A DNA stretch of 64,000 bases, taken from positions 17,309 to 81,308 of the forward strand of contig JBGTGQ010000034.1 of NCBI GenBank assembly GCA_041746635.1, in the 5' to 3' direction. Positions 20,064 to 29,485 of this stretch are shown here, one piece after another (position 1 is the stretch's first letter; every line of letters starts with the position of its first letter). This DNA comes from Terrimicrobiaceae bacterium (GTDB lineage Bacteria > Verrucomicrobiota > Verrucomicrobiia > Chthoniobacterales > Terrimicrobiaceae). The position numbers were made by a program, and so were the translations under genes. A model generated the notes under the pieces. It was not told where the DNA came from. It worked only from the letters and a program-made list of their open reading frames with translations, and searched no databases.

Positions 20064-20986
20064 CCGGCGTGCTGACGGGCGGCGGCGGCGATTTCGAGAA
20101 ATTCGGGCGGCGGATTCGGCTGCCGATCCAGGTAGCGCAAGAAGGCCGGGCTCACCCGGCCCCGCGCCATCACCCCGGAATAAAACATCGGGAAGGGTCC
20201 GTTGTAAAAAAAGTTATCGAAGCCCAGCGTGTCCCAAAATGTCATGCCGAGGCCGACTTTGTTGAGGAGCGGAAAAAGATTCATCGCCCGGTGATAGAAC
20301 CAACGTTCCGCCGTGCGGCCGGCGTGTTGACCGGCGGAAGGTTTTTCCAGCGCGAGGTCTTCTCCAAAAATCTGTTGGCAATGCGCCTTGAATTCCTCCG
20401 GCAAAGCCGCATCCATTTTGTCGTTCAGCTTTTCAAATCCCCAAGGATTTGGCCGGGCGCTGGCGGCGAGATTTTCCAGGCAGGCGACCAAGGCCTCCAT
20501 GCGAAAAAGCGATGGATGCAGGTGGAAACGGGGAGCCTGCTGGGCGGTGAGATGCATCATGCGATGCGGGCCCCCGATCGGGCCGCCCCGCGTGGCGAAG
20601 CGGCGGTTGTCCCAGCCCATGAGGGCAATGTAGGAAGCGGGCAGTTCATTCAAGGCGCGGGGCAGCGTGTGGTTTAGGTTCTCTTGGTGACACGGCGCCA
20701 GCGGGGGATGATCCTCGAGCAAAAAATAACAGGCTTCAAAACCCCCCGCCTGCAACTCACGCGCGGCGGTCAGGGCAAAATCCGCCCAGACGCGCGGCAA
20801 AGCGGAATCCGGCCAGGCAATATGCGGCAAATCACCCGCTTCCTCCGCAGTAAGTCCGCAAAAAAACAACGGCGGGTGATTCGGCCAAAAACGGTCCAGC
20901 AGACGCCGGGTCAGCGGCGCCACCCAACGGTAGGGGTGATACACCGTGACCAGCAGGCACAGGCGGGAGGGATCAATCGGCTTCAT
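20060..20986 (-). CDS. hypothetical protein (no family recognised)
   Basis: 308-aa ORF, ATGA-coupled at both ends (20060-20063 and 20983-20986). Composition is coding-like. Confidence 0.5.
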   Translation of the reverse strand: MKPIDPSRLCLLVTVYHPYRWVAPLTRRLLDRFWPNHPPLFFCGLTAEEAGDLPHIAWPDSALPRVWADFALTAARELQAGGFEACYFLLEDHPPLAPCHQENLNHTLPRALNELPASYIALMGWDNRRFATRGGPIGGPHRMMHLTAQQAPRFHLHPSLFRMEALVACLENLAASARPNPWGFEKLNDKMDAALPEEFKAHCQQIFGEDLALEKPSAGQHAGRTAERWFYHRAMNLFPLLNKVGLGMTFWDTLGFDNFFYNGPFPMFYSGVMARGRVSPAFLRYLDRQPNPPPEFLEIAAAARQHAG

Positions 20987-22131
20987 GAGGCAGACCGCAA
21001 CAAGCCGGCTTTGCGCATCTCTTTGAGGGAGAAATCAAAGCGCTCATTGGCGGCTGCGCTTCCGCCCTCGGCTGCGACCCAGTCGGTGAAAGTTTTTACG
21101 CCGGGAGCAAGCGGGATAAAATCGTGGGCTCCGAACGTTGCGTTTAGCACCCGAAGATCGGCCGCCGCATGGCGAATGTCACCCACACGAAATTGTCCAC
21201 TGATTTTCGTCCGGCCGGGGCGTTCCAATCCGGCCGCGATCGCCTCCGCCAGATCGTTAAGCGTGGTACGAACGCCCGAGCCGACGTTGCAAACGGCGGC
21301 ACCGGGAGTTTCAGAGTTCAGGGCCCGCAGATTGTATTCCACCACATCATCCACGTGCACGAAATCGCGCGTCGGCAGAGCGTCTTCAAAAAGATTGATC
21401 TCCCGGCCGGCAAGCACGAGCTGGGTAAATATTCCCAGAATGCCGGTATAAGGATTTTGCAACGACTGACCGGGTCCGTAAACATTCTGGTAGCGGAAAA
21501 CCGTGCAGGGCAGTCCGAGTCCGGCAGTGGTCGTGGCGATGATTTGTTCCTGCGCAAGCTTGGTGATTCCGTAAATCGAAAGCGGCAGAAACGGATCATC
21601 TTCCCGCGAGGCCTCGGGTTGAACCCGTTTCGCGCAGTGAGGGCAGGATGTTTCAAAACGCCCGGCTTCAAGATCGGCCAAAGAGCGAGCTTTGGGAAAA
21701 ACGCGTCCATGTTCCCCGCAAAAGGCCGCACCCTCGCCATAAACCGCCCGGGTGGAACTCACGATCACGCGCCTGAGCGTTCCCGCATGCGCGGCAAGCG
21801 CCTCGGCAAAAACGCCGGCCCCACGGGCATTGGTGTCGCAGTATTTCTCGATCTGATACATCGACTGCCCCGTACCGGTTCCAGCCGGAAAATAATACAC
21901 CGCTTCGACGCCACTGAGGGCAGACCCCAGGGCGGCGGCATCGCGCGTGTCGCCCCGGCGCACTTCCATGGCTCCAAAAAGCCCGCGGCAGGTGGGCGAG
22001 GCGGAGGGATCAGGGCCGTGAATTTGGGGTTCGAACGAATCCAGCACCACCGGTTCGTGACCTTCCATCAGGAGCCGGAGGGCCGTGCCTGAGCCAATAA
22101 AACCGCCGCCGCCGATAAGAAGAACTTTCAT
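20983..22131 (-). CDS. NAD-dependent sugar epimerase/dehydratase (extended SDR) with Cys/His-rich insertion
   Basis: KVLLIGGGGFIGS Rossmann motif and SIYGITK (YxxxK). The ATG at 22131 forms an ATGA overlap (the longest ORF to 22257 overlaps the upstream gene). Confidence 0.85.
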   Translation of the reverse strand: MKVLLIGGGGFIGSGTALRLLMEGHEPVVLDSFEPQIHGPDPSASPTCRGLFGAMEVRRGDTRDAAALGSALSGVEAVYYFPAGTGTGQSMYQIEKYCDTNARGAGVFAEALAAHAGTLRRVIVSSTRAVYGEGAAFCGEHGRVFPKARSLADLEAGRFETSCPHCAKRVQPEASREDDPFLPLSIYGITKLAQEQIIATTTAGLGLPCTVFRYQNVYGPGQSLQNPYTGILGIFTQLVLAGREINLFEDALPTRDFVHVDDVVEYNLRALNSETPGAAVCNVGSGVRTTLNDLAEAIAAGLERPGRTKISGQFRVGDIRHAAADLRVLNATFGAHDFIPLAPGVKTFTDWVAAEGGSAAANERFDFSLKEMRKAGLLRSAS

Positions 22132-23090
22132 GAGGTTGCGGGGGAGTTTTGCGATGGCAGCCAGTTTTTGTAAATCTCCCGGCAGTATTCCGGCGGGGCG
22201 GGAGCGCGCCCCGTGAGGCGCAGCGAGGCGACAGTCAGGCGTGCGCGCCAACACCATGGCGTGGAGACCCCCTCACGGCGGGCCTGAGCCAGAATCGGAG
22301 CCAGCAGGGCGAGATCTCCCTGACGATAGGCGCGCGTCAGTGCATGGTTGATGATTTGGGCCGGGCCAGTTTTTAGAAAAGACGTGTCGATCTTGCGATG
22401 GCGGCACCAGAGCAGAAACTTCAACTGCAATTGGAGCCGGAACCAAACACTTCTGGCCTGCTGCTGACCAAGCGAGGAGGGAGAATAGCCTTTATCGAGG
22501 ACGATCTGGTCGCAATGCGCGAAGGGTGCCGTCACTCCGCAACGCAGCCAGTATTCGCAATCTTCAACCTGACGAAAACTTTCATCGAAGCCGCCCACGG
22601 CGTCGTTCAACGAACGCCGAACCAGGGCGGACCCTGCGGTGTTGATCGCCGTCCACCAAAACTGCGCCAGAGCCGGTGCAGGCGGAGCGCCCACGGCATA
22701 GGGCAGGCTGGCCAGGCGTGTCTCGATGGCGGGTTCGCGGCGCTGCAGGACAAAGCCATAAACCACCCCGGCATCGGTGTTTTTTGCCGTTTCCTCCAAC
22801 GCCGCCAGAGCTTGGGGATAGAGCATATCGTCCGCGTCCAGGGACAAAAACCAATCACCCCGGCTCAATGCCAATGCGGTGTTCCTCGCGGCGGAGAGAC
22901 CACCATTTTCCCGACGCACATAGCGCACGCTGTCGGCGTAAGCCCGGCAAACCTCGGCCGTATTGTCCGTGCTGCCATCGTCCACCACAATCACCTCATC
23001 CGCCGGACGAGTTTGGGTCAGCACGCTCTCGATGGAGCGCGGTAGCCAACGAGCCGCGTTGTAAGCCGGAATGATAACGCTGATGGTCAT
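22128..23090 (-). CDS. glycosyltransferase family 2
   Basis: MTISVIIPAYNAARWLPRSIESVLTQT...VIVVDDGSTDNT and LSLDADD. Confidence 0.9.
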   Translation of the reverse strand: MTISVIIPAYNAARWLPRSIESVLTQTRPADEVIVVDDGSTDNTAEVCRAYADSVRYVRRENGGLSAARNTALALSRGDWFLSLDADDMLYPQALAALEETAKNTDAGVVYGFVLQRREPAIETRLASLPYAVGAPPAPALAQFWWTAINTAGSALVRRSLNDAVGGFDESFRQVEDCEYWLRCGVTAPFAHCDQIVLDKGYSPSSLGQQQARSVWFRLQLQLKFLLWCRHRKIDTSFLKTGPAQIINHALTRAYRQGDLALLAPILAQARREGVSTPWCWRARLTVASLRLTGRAPAPPEYCREIYKNWLPSQNSPATS

Positions 23091-24298
23091 GCGTCGGCGG
23101 CAAGCAGGCGATGAATGATGTTCACGTACTCTTGATAAACCGCCTTGTGATCAAAGGACTGCACGAACTGCCAGCCGCCCGCCGCCAAGTGCGCTCGCTC
23201 TGCGAGGCTATCGCGCAGTCGCAGCAGGATTTGGGGATACCCGGCCAAATCATCGCAAAGGATTCCGTGTTTCCCCGAGACGATGTCGTAGCCGCGCACA
23301 CCAAAATTCGTGGAGAGAAGAACTTTTTTGCGCACCAAGGCTTCGAGCACCTTGAGCGAGGAGCCACTGCCCGATGTCACAGGTGCCAGGGCTACTTCGC
23401 TCAAATGATAAAGACGACCCAGTTCCTCCTCGGAAACCGGGCCGAGTGAGACCAAATTTTCTCCGAATGTTTGGGGTCCGCAGCATGCTCCGGCCACCAC
23501 AAAAAAAATCCCCCGCTCATTCGCCAGGTGGTGCGCCATCTGTTGGATCGCCTCCACCGCGTCGCGGTTCGGTTGCAGGCTGCTACCGACAAAAAGACAA
23601 ACCATGTCGCCCGCACTATGGCTGCTCTCCACTCGCGCCAGTTTCGGGTAGGTGCCTTCGCTGACCGGCACCGCCAGGTCGAACCCCGGTGGCACAAAGC
23701 GGGCATCAATCCCCTCTCCTCTCAACCGCGCATGATCGGCCGGCGAATGACAAACGACCGCCTGCGCACGGCGGCAGGCCCGAAGTTCGTTTCGCCATAT
23801 ACGGGATTTCAGCCACGGAGAAACCACGATTTCCGAAAGCAGATCGTGGATGGTCATAATGACGGGCTTTTTGCCCCCCCGGGGCAGGAAGGACGACCAA
23901 AAAGGATACTCCAAGACCACCGCATCCGCGCGTTCCACCACGCCATGAATCGCCCGTTGCAGTGAAGGCTGAAAGAGCGGCTGAAGATAATGCCACCATT
24001 GCCGCCGCTGGCGAATATCGATCCGGCGGCGCGAGGCATGATGCGTGAGACCGTCGAAAACTTTGTAAGCGAAACTTGTCAAATTCCTCTCCTCCGCCGG
24101 GAATTCGTGCGCGATATACCGGATGTTTCCATGTCGGATGTCCTCCCCGCTGCCCGGCGAGAGAACTTCCACTTCGCGGAAATGACCGGCCAGCACCTCA
24201 ACCATCGGCCTCACCCGCCGGGCAGCCCCGCGATCCACGGCAGGCAGCCCCGGCCAAGGGAACAATACGGCCACGCGTCCCTCACCGCGATTCATCAT
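23087..24298 (-). CDS. glycosyltransferase family 4 (GT-B)
   Basis: RVAVLFPWPG N-terminus and a C-terminal TSGSGSSLKVLEALVRKKVLLS block. The start is uncertain (ATG at 24298 or 24295, GTG at 24274; the longest ORF starts at a TTG at 24352). Confidence 0.7.
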   Translation of the reverse strand: MMNRGEGRVAVLFPWPGLPAVDRGAARRVRPMVEVLAGHFREVEVLSPGSGEDIRHGNIRYIAHEFPAEERNLTSFAYKVFDGLTHHASRRRIDIRQRRQWWHYLQPLFQPSLQRAIHGVVERADAVVLEYPFWSSFLPRGGKKPVIMTIHDLLSEIVVSPWLKSRIWRNELRACRRAQAVVCHSPADHARLRGEGIDARFVPPGFDLAVPVSEGTYPKLARVESSHSAGDMVCLFVGSSLQPNRDAVEAIQQMAHHLANERGIFFVVAGACCGPQTFGENLVSLGPVSEEELGRLYHLSEVALAPVTSGSGSSLKVLEALVRKKVLLSTNFGVRGYDIVSGKHGILCDDLAGYPQILLRLRDSLAERAHLAAGGWQFVQSFDHKAVYQEYVNIIHRLLAADA

Positions 24299-25472
24299 CG
24301 GCGATACGGACGAGGTTCCTGACAAAATTTTGCCCGCTGAATTCCTGCTCAAAGTGGGCCGCCAGGCTCAGGGATTTCTCCACCACGACGGGATATTCGC
24401 TCACAGCCCGGGTGACAACCGCCGCCAAGGCCGCCGCGTTGCGCTCAGGGACGAGCCACCCCACCCCGGACGCCGCCGTTTCCAAACTCATCCAGGAATT
24501 TTCCGTGGTAATGACCGGTTTTCCCGCCACCAAGGCTTCGCAGAAGATGCCGCTGGTGCGGTCACCGTGCTTATCGAGATGATAGGGGACAAACATCACA
24601 TCCGCCGCTTCCAGCCGGGCCAGATAATCATCACGCGTGAGCAATCCTTCAATCAACTCCACATTTGGCAGCGCGGCATTTTTTAGTCGCGCCACGCTGT
24701 CCGCGCAGGCCGCGTCCGGACTGACGACCTGCAATACAAAACGCACTCCCGTGCCGGACAGTTGCTCCACCGCCGCGGCGATTTCGACGAAGCCTTTTTC
24801 GCGTCGCGGATTTCCCAGATAGCAGAATGTAACCGGGCGGCCCGACGGGCGATTTCTTCGCACGCCGATTCCCGGCGGAACGACGTGCGGTAACACCTGG
24901 ACCGGGCGTTGAAGAAAATTCTCGTATTGTCGGGCCAGCGGTTCGCTGTCGGAAATCAAATGAACTTTTGAAGCGAGCCCGGCTGTTTTCGCCCGCTCAA
25001 AGCCGAGCTTTATGCCTGCATCGTCGGCAAACCGATACGGATTATAGCCGAGATGCACTGCCAGAGCCGGCGCACACTCCGGGGGAAGTCCGCCCAGCCA
25101 ATGCAACCACCCGGCCAGATGGCGCGGAGCCAGCATCTGAGCAAAGATGACATCCCGCGCGCTCAGTCTGGAGGGAGGCAGACCGCGCCGCAGATCGGTC
25201 AAAAACCGCCGCCGCGCCATCCTTTCCAAAAGATCAAGGGCCCGGCGCGAACGCACGGCCCAACCCGGCGGGCGGGCTCGCCAATCGCGCCGGAAAAACT
25301 CTTCCATTTCCGTGCCATCAAGAGGCTCGAAGAGATAATTTTTCTGGCAGAGGACGACAGGATTTATTCCCTCCGCTTTCGCACCGGATGCCAGGGAGCA
25401 ATTGTAAAAAAGATGATGCCCGATTCGGTCAACCAACTCGTGATCTGCCAGCCATAAAGTGCATTTGCTCAT
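24282..25472 (-). CDS. glycosyltransferase, GT-B fold (GT1/GT4-like)
   Basis: C-terminal DRTSGIFCEALVAGKPVITT block. The ATG at 25472 forms an ATGA overlap with the upstream stop. Confidence 0.65.
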   Translation of the reverse strand: MSKCTLWLADHELVDRIGHHLFYNCSLASGAKAEGINPVVLCQKNYLFEPLDGTEMEEFFRRDWRARPPGWAVRSRRALDLLERMARRRFLTDLRRGLPPSRLSARDVIFAQMLAPRHLAGWLHWLGGLPPECAPALAVHLGYNPYRFADDAGIKLGFERAKTAGLASKVHLISDSEPLARQYENFLQRPVQVLPHVVPPGIGVRRNRPSGRPVTFCYLGNPRREKGFVEIAAAVEQLSGTGVRFVLQVVSPDAACADSVARLKNAALPNVELIEGLLTRDDYLARLEAADVMFVPYHLDKHGDRTSGIFCEALVAGKPVITTENSWMSLETAASGVGWLVPERNAAALAAVVTRAVSEYPVVVEKSLSLAAHFEQEFSGQNFVRNLVRIADDESR

Positions 25473-26596
25473 TCCGGGAGATTGAGAAATTTGCGAACAT
25501 CCGGCCACCGCGCTTCCATCGTATGGCTCGCGCGGGTGATTTCCAGGCACCGCTTGCTCATTTCCTCCAGTCGTCCGGGTGATTGATAAATCTCGAGGAG
25601 GGCATCAGCCATCAACTCCGGCTTGATTTCACTCGTGATAACTCCGTTGTAACCCTGCTGGATAAATTCCCAAGGCCCGTTCATATCAAAACAGATTGGC
25701 ACCGTCCCGCAGGCCATGGCTTCCTGTGGCGTCATCGGCCCGCCCTCGCCCCAGAGCGGGCTTTTGCCGATGTTGAGCGCGAGAAAAACCGCGCAGGTCT
25801 GCATTTGGGAAATGATCTCCGGTTCGCCACCTTGCAAACGGAAGAAATCGAGGGTTAGTCCGGCAGCGGCGGTTCGTTCGCTAATGCGGCCGATATAATC
25901 CTCGCCGTGTTCCCCTTCGTCGAAATATCCCACTCGCAGCCTTTGACGGCGGCTTTCGTCCGGCTTCCAGTATTTTTCGTCCACTAGTTGCCGAAGAACG
26001 GCGGCTTCTGTCTCAAAGACCGCGCGATGCCAGGCCTGCACTGTGCGATTGACCCCCGCGGTGCGGATGATGCGGCCTTGGCCCATCATCCGGGCCAGCA
26101 CGGGAAAATGACTTCGCGCCGAAGCCCCGAGTTCCTGATCCCAAAAATAGAATGCCCCGCAGTGGTCAAGGAAAGCGCGAGCCTTGATCCAGGAAGTAAC
26201 ACAGCGTGACCCCGGCGCGTCGCGCCGCCTCTCCCGAAATTCCTCAACCGAAAGAAAGGGTGCGTGTTCGGCCAGCCAATCGGAGTTTTTTCCATCCAGG
26301 CTTACCATGTAGGCTTCGTACCCATGGCGTTTGAGCAAAAGCACGAGATTGTTCAGGAGCTTTTCGCCCCCACAATAGCGATGGCTTCCGGTCTGATTCT
26401 CATCTGCGGCGTAAGAGGCAAAAATCACCGGTTTCAACACCGCCTCGACATGGGGCGTGATTCGCTTTGGAGCCGGTATTCGGCACCTGCGTTTGATGGC
26501 ATAACCGCCATCGTTGATTAGCGACCGCAGCAGATTTCGCCAGGCCACCCTCAGACGGGACCACGCTATCAGGCTTTGTTTAAACATGGCGTTCAC
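25469..26596 (-). CDS. glycosyltransferase family 4-like (GT-B)
   Basis: LWGEGGPMTPQEAMACGTVPICF block. GTG at 26596 (GTGA overlap), or ATG at 26587. Confidence 0.65.
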   Translation of the reverse strand: MNAMFKQSLIAWSRLRVAWRNLLRSLINDGGYAIKRRCRIPAPKRITPHVEAVLKPVIFASYAADENQTGSHRYCGGEKLLNNLVLLLKRHGYEAYMVSLDGKNSDWLAEHAPFLSVEEFRERRRDAPGSRCVTSWIKARAFLDHCGAFYFWDQELGASARSHFPVLARMMGQGRIIRTAGVNRTVQAWHRAVFETEAAVLRQLVDEKYWKPDESRRQRLRVGYFDEGEHGEDYIGRISERTAAAGLTLDFFRLQGGEPEIISQMQTCAVFLALNIGKSPLWGEGGPMTPQEAMACGTVPICFDMNGPWEFIQQGYNGVITSEIKPELMADALLEIYQSPGRLEEMSKRCLEITRASHTMEARWPDVRKFLNLPE

Positions 26597-27520
26597 CGGG
26601 GATGATCGTTTGATGGAGCTTCCCCTTGACCGGTAAATTCCGCGACCACCGCGCGGCAGGCCGAGGCCCAGTTGAGCTCAGTCGCGTATCTTTCATAACA
26701 CCGCATCCTGGCTTCGGCGTATTGCCCGGGATCGGAAGTAAGATTTTGAATCGAACGCGCGTAACCGGCAGGAGATTCTTCGAGAGGATGGATGCGTTCC
26801 TTGGGAACAAGATCCGGCAACCCACCGACGTCCGAAGTGCAGGCAATCAACCCATACGAATAAGACTCCGCGATCACCACGGGGGCACAGTCCGCCAAAG
26901 CTGGAAGGAGAAATACGTGGGCATCCTGAAACAACCGATCCATGGTGCGGCGGCCCTCCGGAGTGGCTTTGGACACCATGCCATGCACCGTCGCCCATGG
27001 CGGGAGGGGCGTGGGCGGGGTGCAACCCACAATATCAATGGTGGCATCCCAGCCGCCCTCTCTCAGCTTCTCGACGACCGACGTGGCGGTCGCCCCGCCT
27101 TTTCTGTGCCACTCCTTCGCCACAAAAAGCAGGCGCAAACGGCCGGATTTCTAAACCACCAAATGTTCCGTCCGACCAAAGGATGACCGGTTTTTCGGTC
27201 TTCAAGAAAGCCAATGGCCAGGAACCCGTGCAAACAATCGCGTCTGGGGCTGGATCGAGCCGGGCAAGAAGCTCCGATCCCTGCCGCCCAAAGGTTTTGA
27301 GAACTTTCGGTTCACACTCGTGGGAATAATTCTTTCCCAGCCGCTTGTAGATTTTCCACTTCCAATCATAGAGCTTCGACCAATGCCAGCGAAGCGGACC
27401 GAGCAAGGACACCCGCAAACCGATCTGCTGGAAACCACGCGACATATAGAAAGGAATGCCCGACCATTTCGACACATCCGTCGGATCATGAACGCTCAAG
27501 AATGCAATGTGCAGGCTCAT
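26593..27520 (-). pseudogene. disrupted GT4 glycosyltransferase (internal deletion plus frame change)
   Basis: ORF 27035..27553 encodes only a GT4 N-terminal half (MSLHIAFLSVHDPTDVSKWSGIPFYM...ILWSDGTFGG). ORF 26593..27138, in another frame, starts abruptly at the C-terminal half (RLLFVAKEWHRKGG...). The roughly 100 aa normally between them are absent. Confidence 0.55.
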
Positions 27521-27525
27521 GGCGA

Positions 27526-28782
27526 TCAATCCGGACATCCCCTGCCTGCCCATGCGCGAATTTTCAAACCGATGGCGTCGAGCAAATTTTTCGGGCGGCT
27601 GCGGGCGAGTTCCTTACGCCGGGATTCTTGGGCCAGCCGGGCATATTGCAGGGATGCAGCGCGGGCGATCTGGGGAAGCAGACGTTGATCCAGAGGGGAT
27701 TCCAGAATTTTGAGTCCCTGTGTTCCTCCCGACTGCAACACCCGCCAGCCTTGCAGCGCCAGATCAAACGGGACATTGCGGATGCAATACGGTTCGTCGT
27801 GGGGACAATGAAAGTTCGAACCCCGGCAGGGCCAGTCCTGCGCCACCACCACGCCATTTTCGGTCGCAGGAAGAAACCGCCCCCAATGACCAGCCCCAAA
27901 GACGGCAAACACCGGCCGTCCCGTCGCTGCCGTCATGTGCATGATGCCTGAGTCCCGCCCCACATAACCGGCCGAGAGAGCGCAAATGGCCAGCGAGACA
28001 CCAACTTCCGGGGGATTGTCGGCCAGATTCACGCTGGCTGGCAAGTCACGCCGGATGCGTTCAATCGATGCCCATTCTTTGGTGTTACCGAGAAAAACAA
28101 TTTTGTGGTTTGCCATGGCCTGCGGAAAAAAGGCTGTCCAGTTTTCCTCGCCCCAGTCCTTCATCAAAAGTCCAGCCCTGGACCCGACACAACCAACCCA
28201 GAATTTGCCCTCCTCAAGGCCTTGCCGAGCCAAGAGATCGCGGGCTTGCGCGAGCGCCTGTTTAGAGGGAGTAAGCTCCGGTCGCGACAGAACGACCTCC
28301 TTCTCCAGTATGGCGGAGGCCAGCCGCTGGTTCTTTTCAATTTCTGGCAAATCCACCGGCACCTCCACGACCCGATCAAATTGTTTCGCAAGTTCCTCGG
28401 GATCACAGGTCGTCTCGCTCGGACGGAATGCATCCGTCGTGGAAAATCCGACAACCTTGATTTTGGGCCGACCATGTTCGATCCAGACCTGGTCGAAAAA
28501 ATTCAGGTGAAACAAAGCCGCCACGTAGAGGTCGGGCTGAAATTTGCGAATCGCCTGATGCTCGGGGTGAAAGGGATTGATCTGCTGTCTGGTCGCGGGG
28601 AAATAAGGATCCAAGCCGATGATCTGAATGTCGGCTTCCGGGAAAACTTCTCGGGCCAGATCCGCCGCTGGGGGGCGCATAAATAGCTGCAGATGATGTC
28701 CGTTGTCCCGCAGAGCGCGCAAAAGCGGACCGCGCAAAATGAAATCCCCTAAACCGTCGGGACTGCTGATGGTGATTCTCAA
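27526..28782 (-). CDS. glycosyltransferase family 9 (heptosyltransferase-like) with C-terminal extension
   Basis: MRITISSPDGLGDFILRGPLLRAL N-terminus and GRDSGIMHMTAATGRPVFAVFG, which are GT9 hallmarks. Confidence 0.75.
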   Translation of the reverse strand: MRITISSPDGLGDFILRGPLLRALRDNGHHLQLFMRPPAADLAREVFPEADIQIIGLDPYFPATRQQINPFHPEHQAIRKFQPDLYVAALFHLNFFDQVWIEHGRPKIKVVGFSTTDAFRPSETTCDPEELAKQFDRVVEVPVDLPEIEKNQRLASAILEKEVVLSRPELTPSKQALAQARDLLARQGLEEGKFWVGCVGSRAGLLMKDWGEENWTAFFPQAMANHKIVFLGNTKEWASIERIRRDLPASVNLADNPPEVGVSLAICALSAGYVGRDSGIMHMTAATGRPVFAVFGAGHWGRFLPATENGVVVAQDWPCRGSNFHCPHDEPYCIRNVPFDLALQGWRVLQSGGTQGLKILESPLDQRLLPQIARAASLQYARLAQESRRKELARSRPKNLLDAIGLKIRAWAGRGCPD

Positions 28783-28796
28783 AATGGTAAAACCCG

Positions 28797-29477
28797 TTAA
28801 CGATCCCCGCTTCCGAACCGCCAGGATCTTTGCCGTCCGGTCACATAGCGGAACAAGTCTGTCACCGGCGACAAAGATTCGCCGATCAGCGGCAGGCTAA
28901 CCCTTTGCTCGAACAGTCCCGCGCCCTGGCGTCGGGCCCAGCGGTTATATTCCCGTATGTTGTGGCGATAGTAAGGATTGCTGCGCTTTTTTGACGCCCC
29001 GGACTCTAGGTGAGAGGGATGATCGATATATCCCACATGAGCTTGATAGACTCCGGCCAAAGCGGCGGCACGAGTCAGCCACCAATCAATGTGCGTCGTG
29101 CCGCACCAGAGGTCCGGGATATCTTTGGAGAGAAGTTCATCCCAAAGGCGATTGGGAATAAGATACATGTCTTCTCCCCCGCAGATCTCTCCACCGGGAA
29201 TTTCCCGACGATGAAATCCATGAACCTTGGTGAGATCGTTTGTCTCATAGGGATCGCGCGTGAGGATGACATCGGAATTGCACCAAAGAAAAGCCTCGCC
29301 TACGGAGTGCTCACGGGCAAACCGAAGCACATCGGCAAATTTGACCATGGCGGGACCACAGCCAAAACAAACAGGCTTTAACCCTATCTCCATCACACTT
29401 TCCTTCAATTGCCCTTGCGCCCGCTCCAGACGGGCATTGGGACAGGGATCTATCCAAAGAAATGTGATGGTATTCAC
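28797..29477 (-). CDS. hypothetical protein, possibly GT-A-like
   Basis: 226-aa ORF with coding-like composition. Contains a WCNSDVIL block. No family recognised. Confidence 0.45.
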   Translation of the reverse strand: MNTITFLWIDPCPNARLERAQGQLKESVMEIGLKPVCFGCGPAMVKFADVLRFAREHSVGEAFLWCNSDVILTRDPYETNDLTKVHGFHRREIPGGEICGGEDMYLIPNRLWDELLSKDIPDLWCGTTHIDWWLTRAAALAGVYQAHVGYIDHPSHLESGASKKRSNPYYRHNIREYNRWARRQGAGLFEQRVSLPLIGESLSPVTDLFRYVTGRQRSWRFGSGDR

Positions 29478-29485
29478 TGGCTTTT

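Noticed and set aside
18855-20075. Long antisense ORFs. Examples: 406 aa at 18855..20075 (+), 432 aa at 9271..10569 (+), 365 aa at 1600..2697 (+), 335 aa at 14842..15849 (+), 319 aa at 62108..63067 (-).
   Set aside because: They lie opposite genes with clear family motifs and are rich in Arg, Gly, Pro and Ala. They show no recognisable domains. Such shadow ORFs are expected in GC-rich DNA.
26593-27553. Reading the two overlapping ORFs (172 aa and 181 aa) as two genuine small glycosyltransferase genes.
   Set aside because: Each encodes only half of a GT-B fold. The first ends in nonsense-like Arg/Gly sequence and the second begins without an N-terminal domain. The central part of the family is missing, so a disrupted single gene is the simpler reading.
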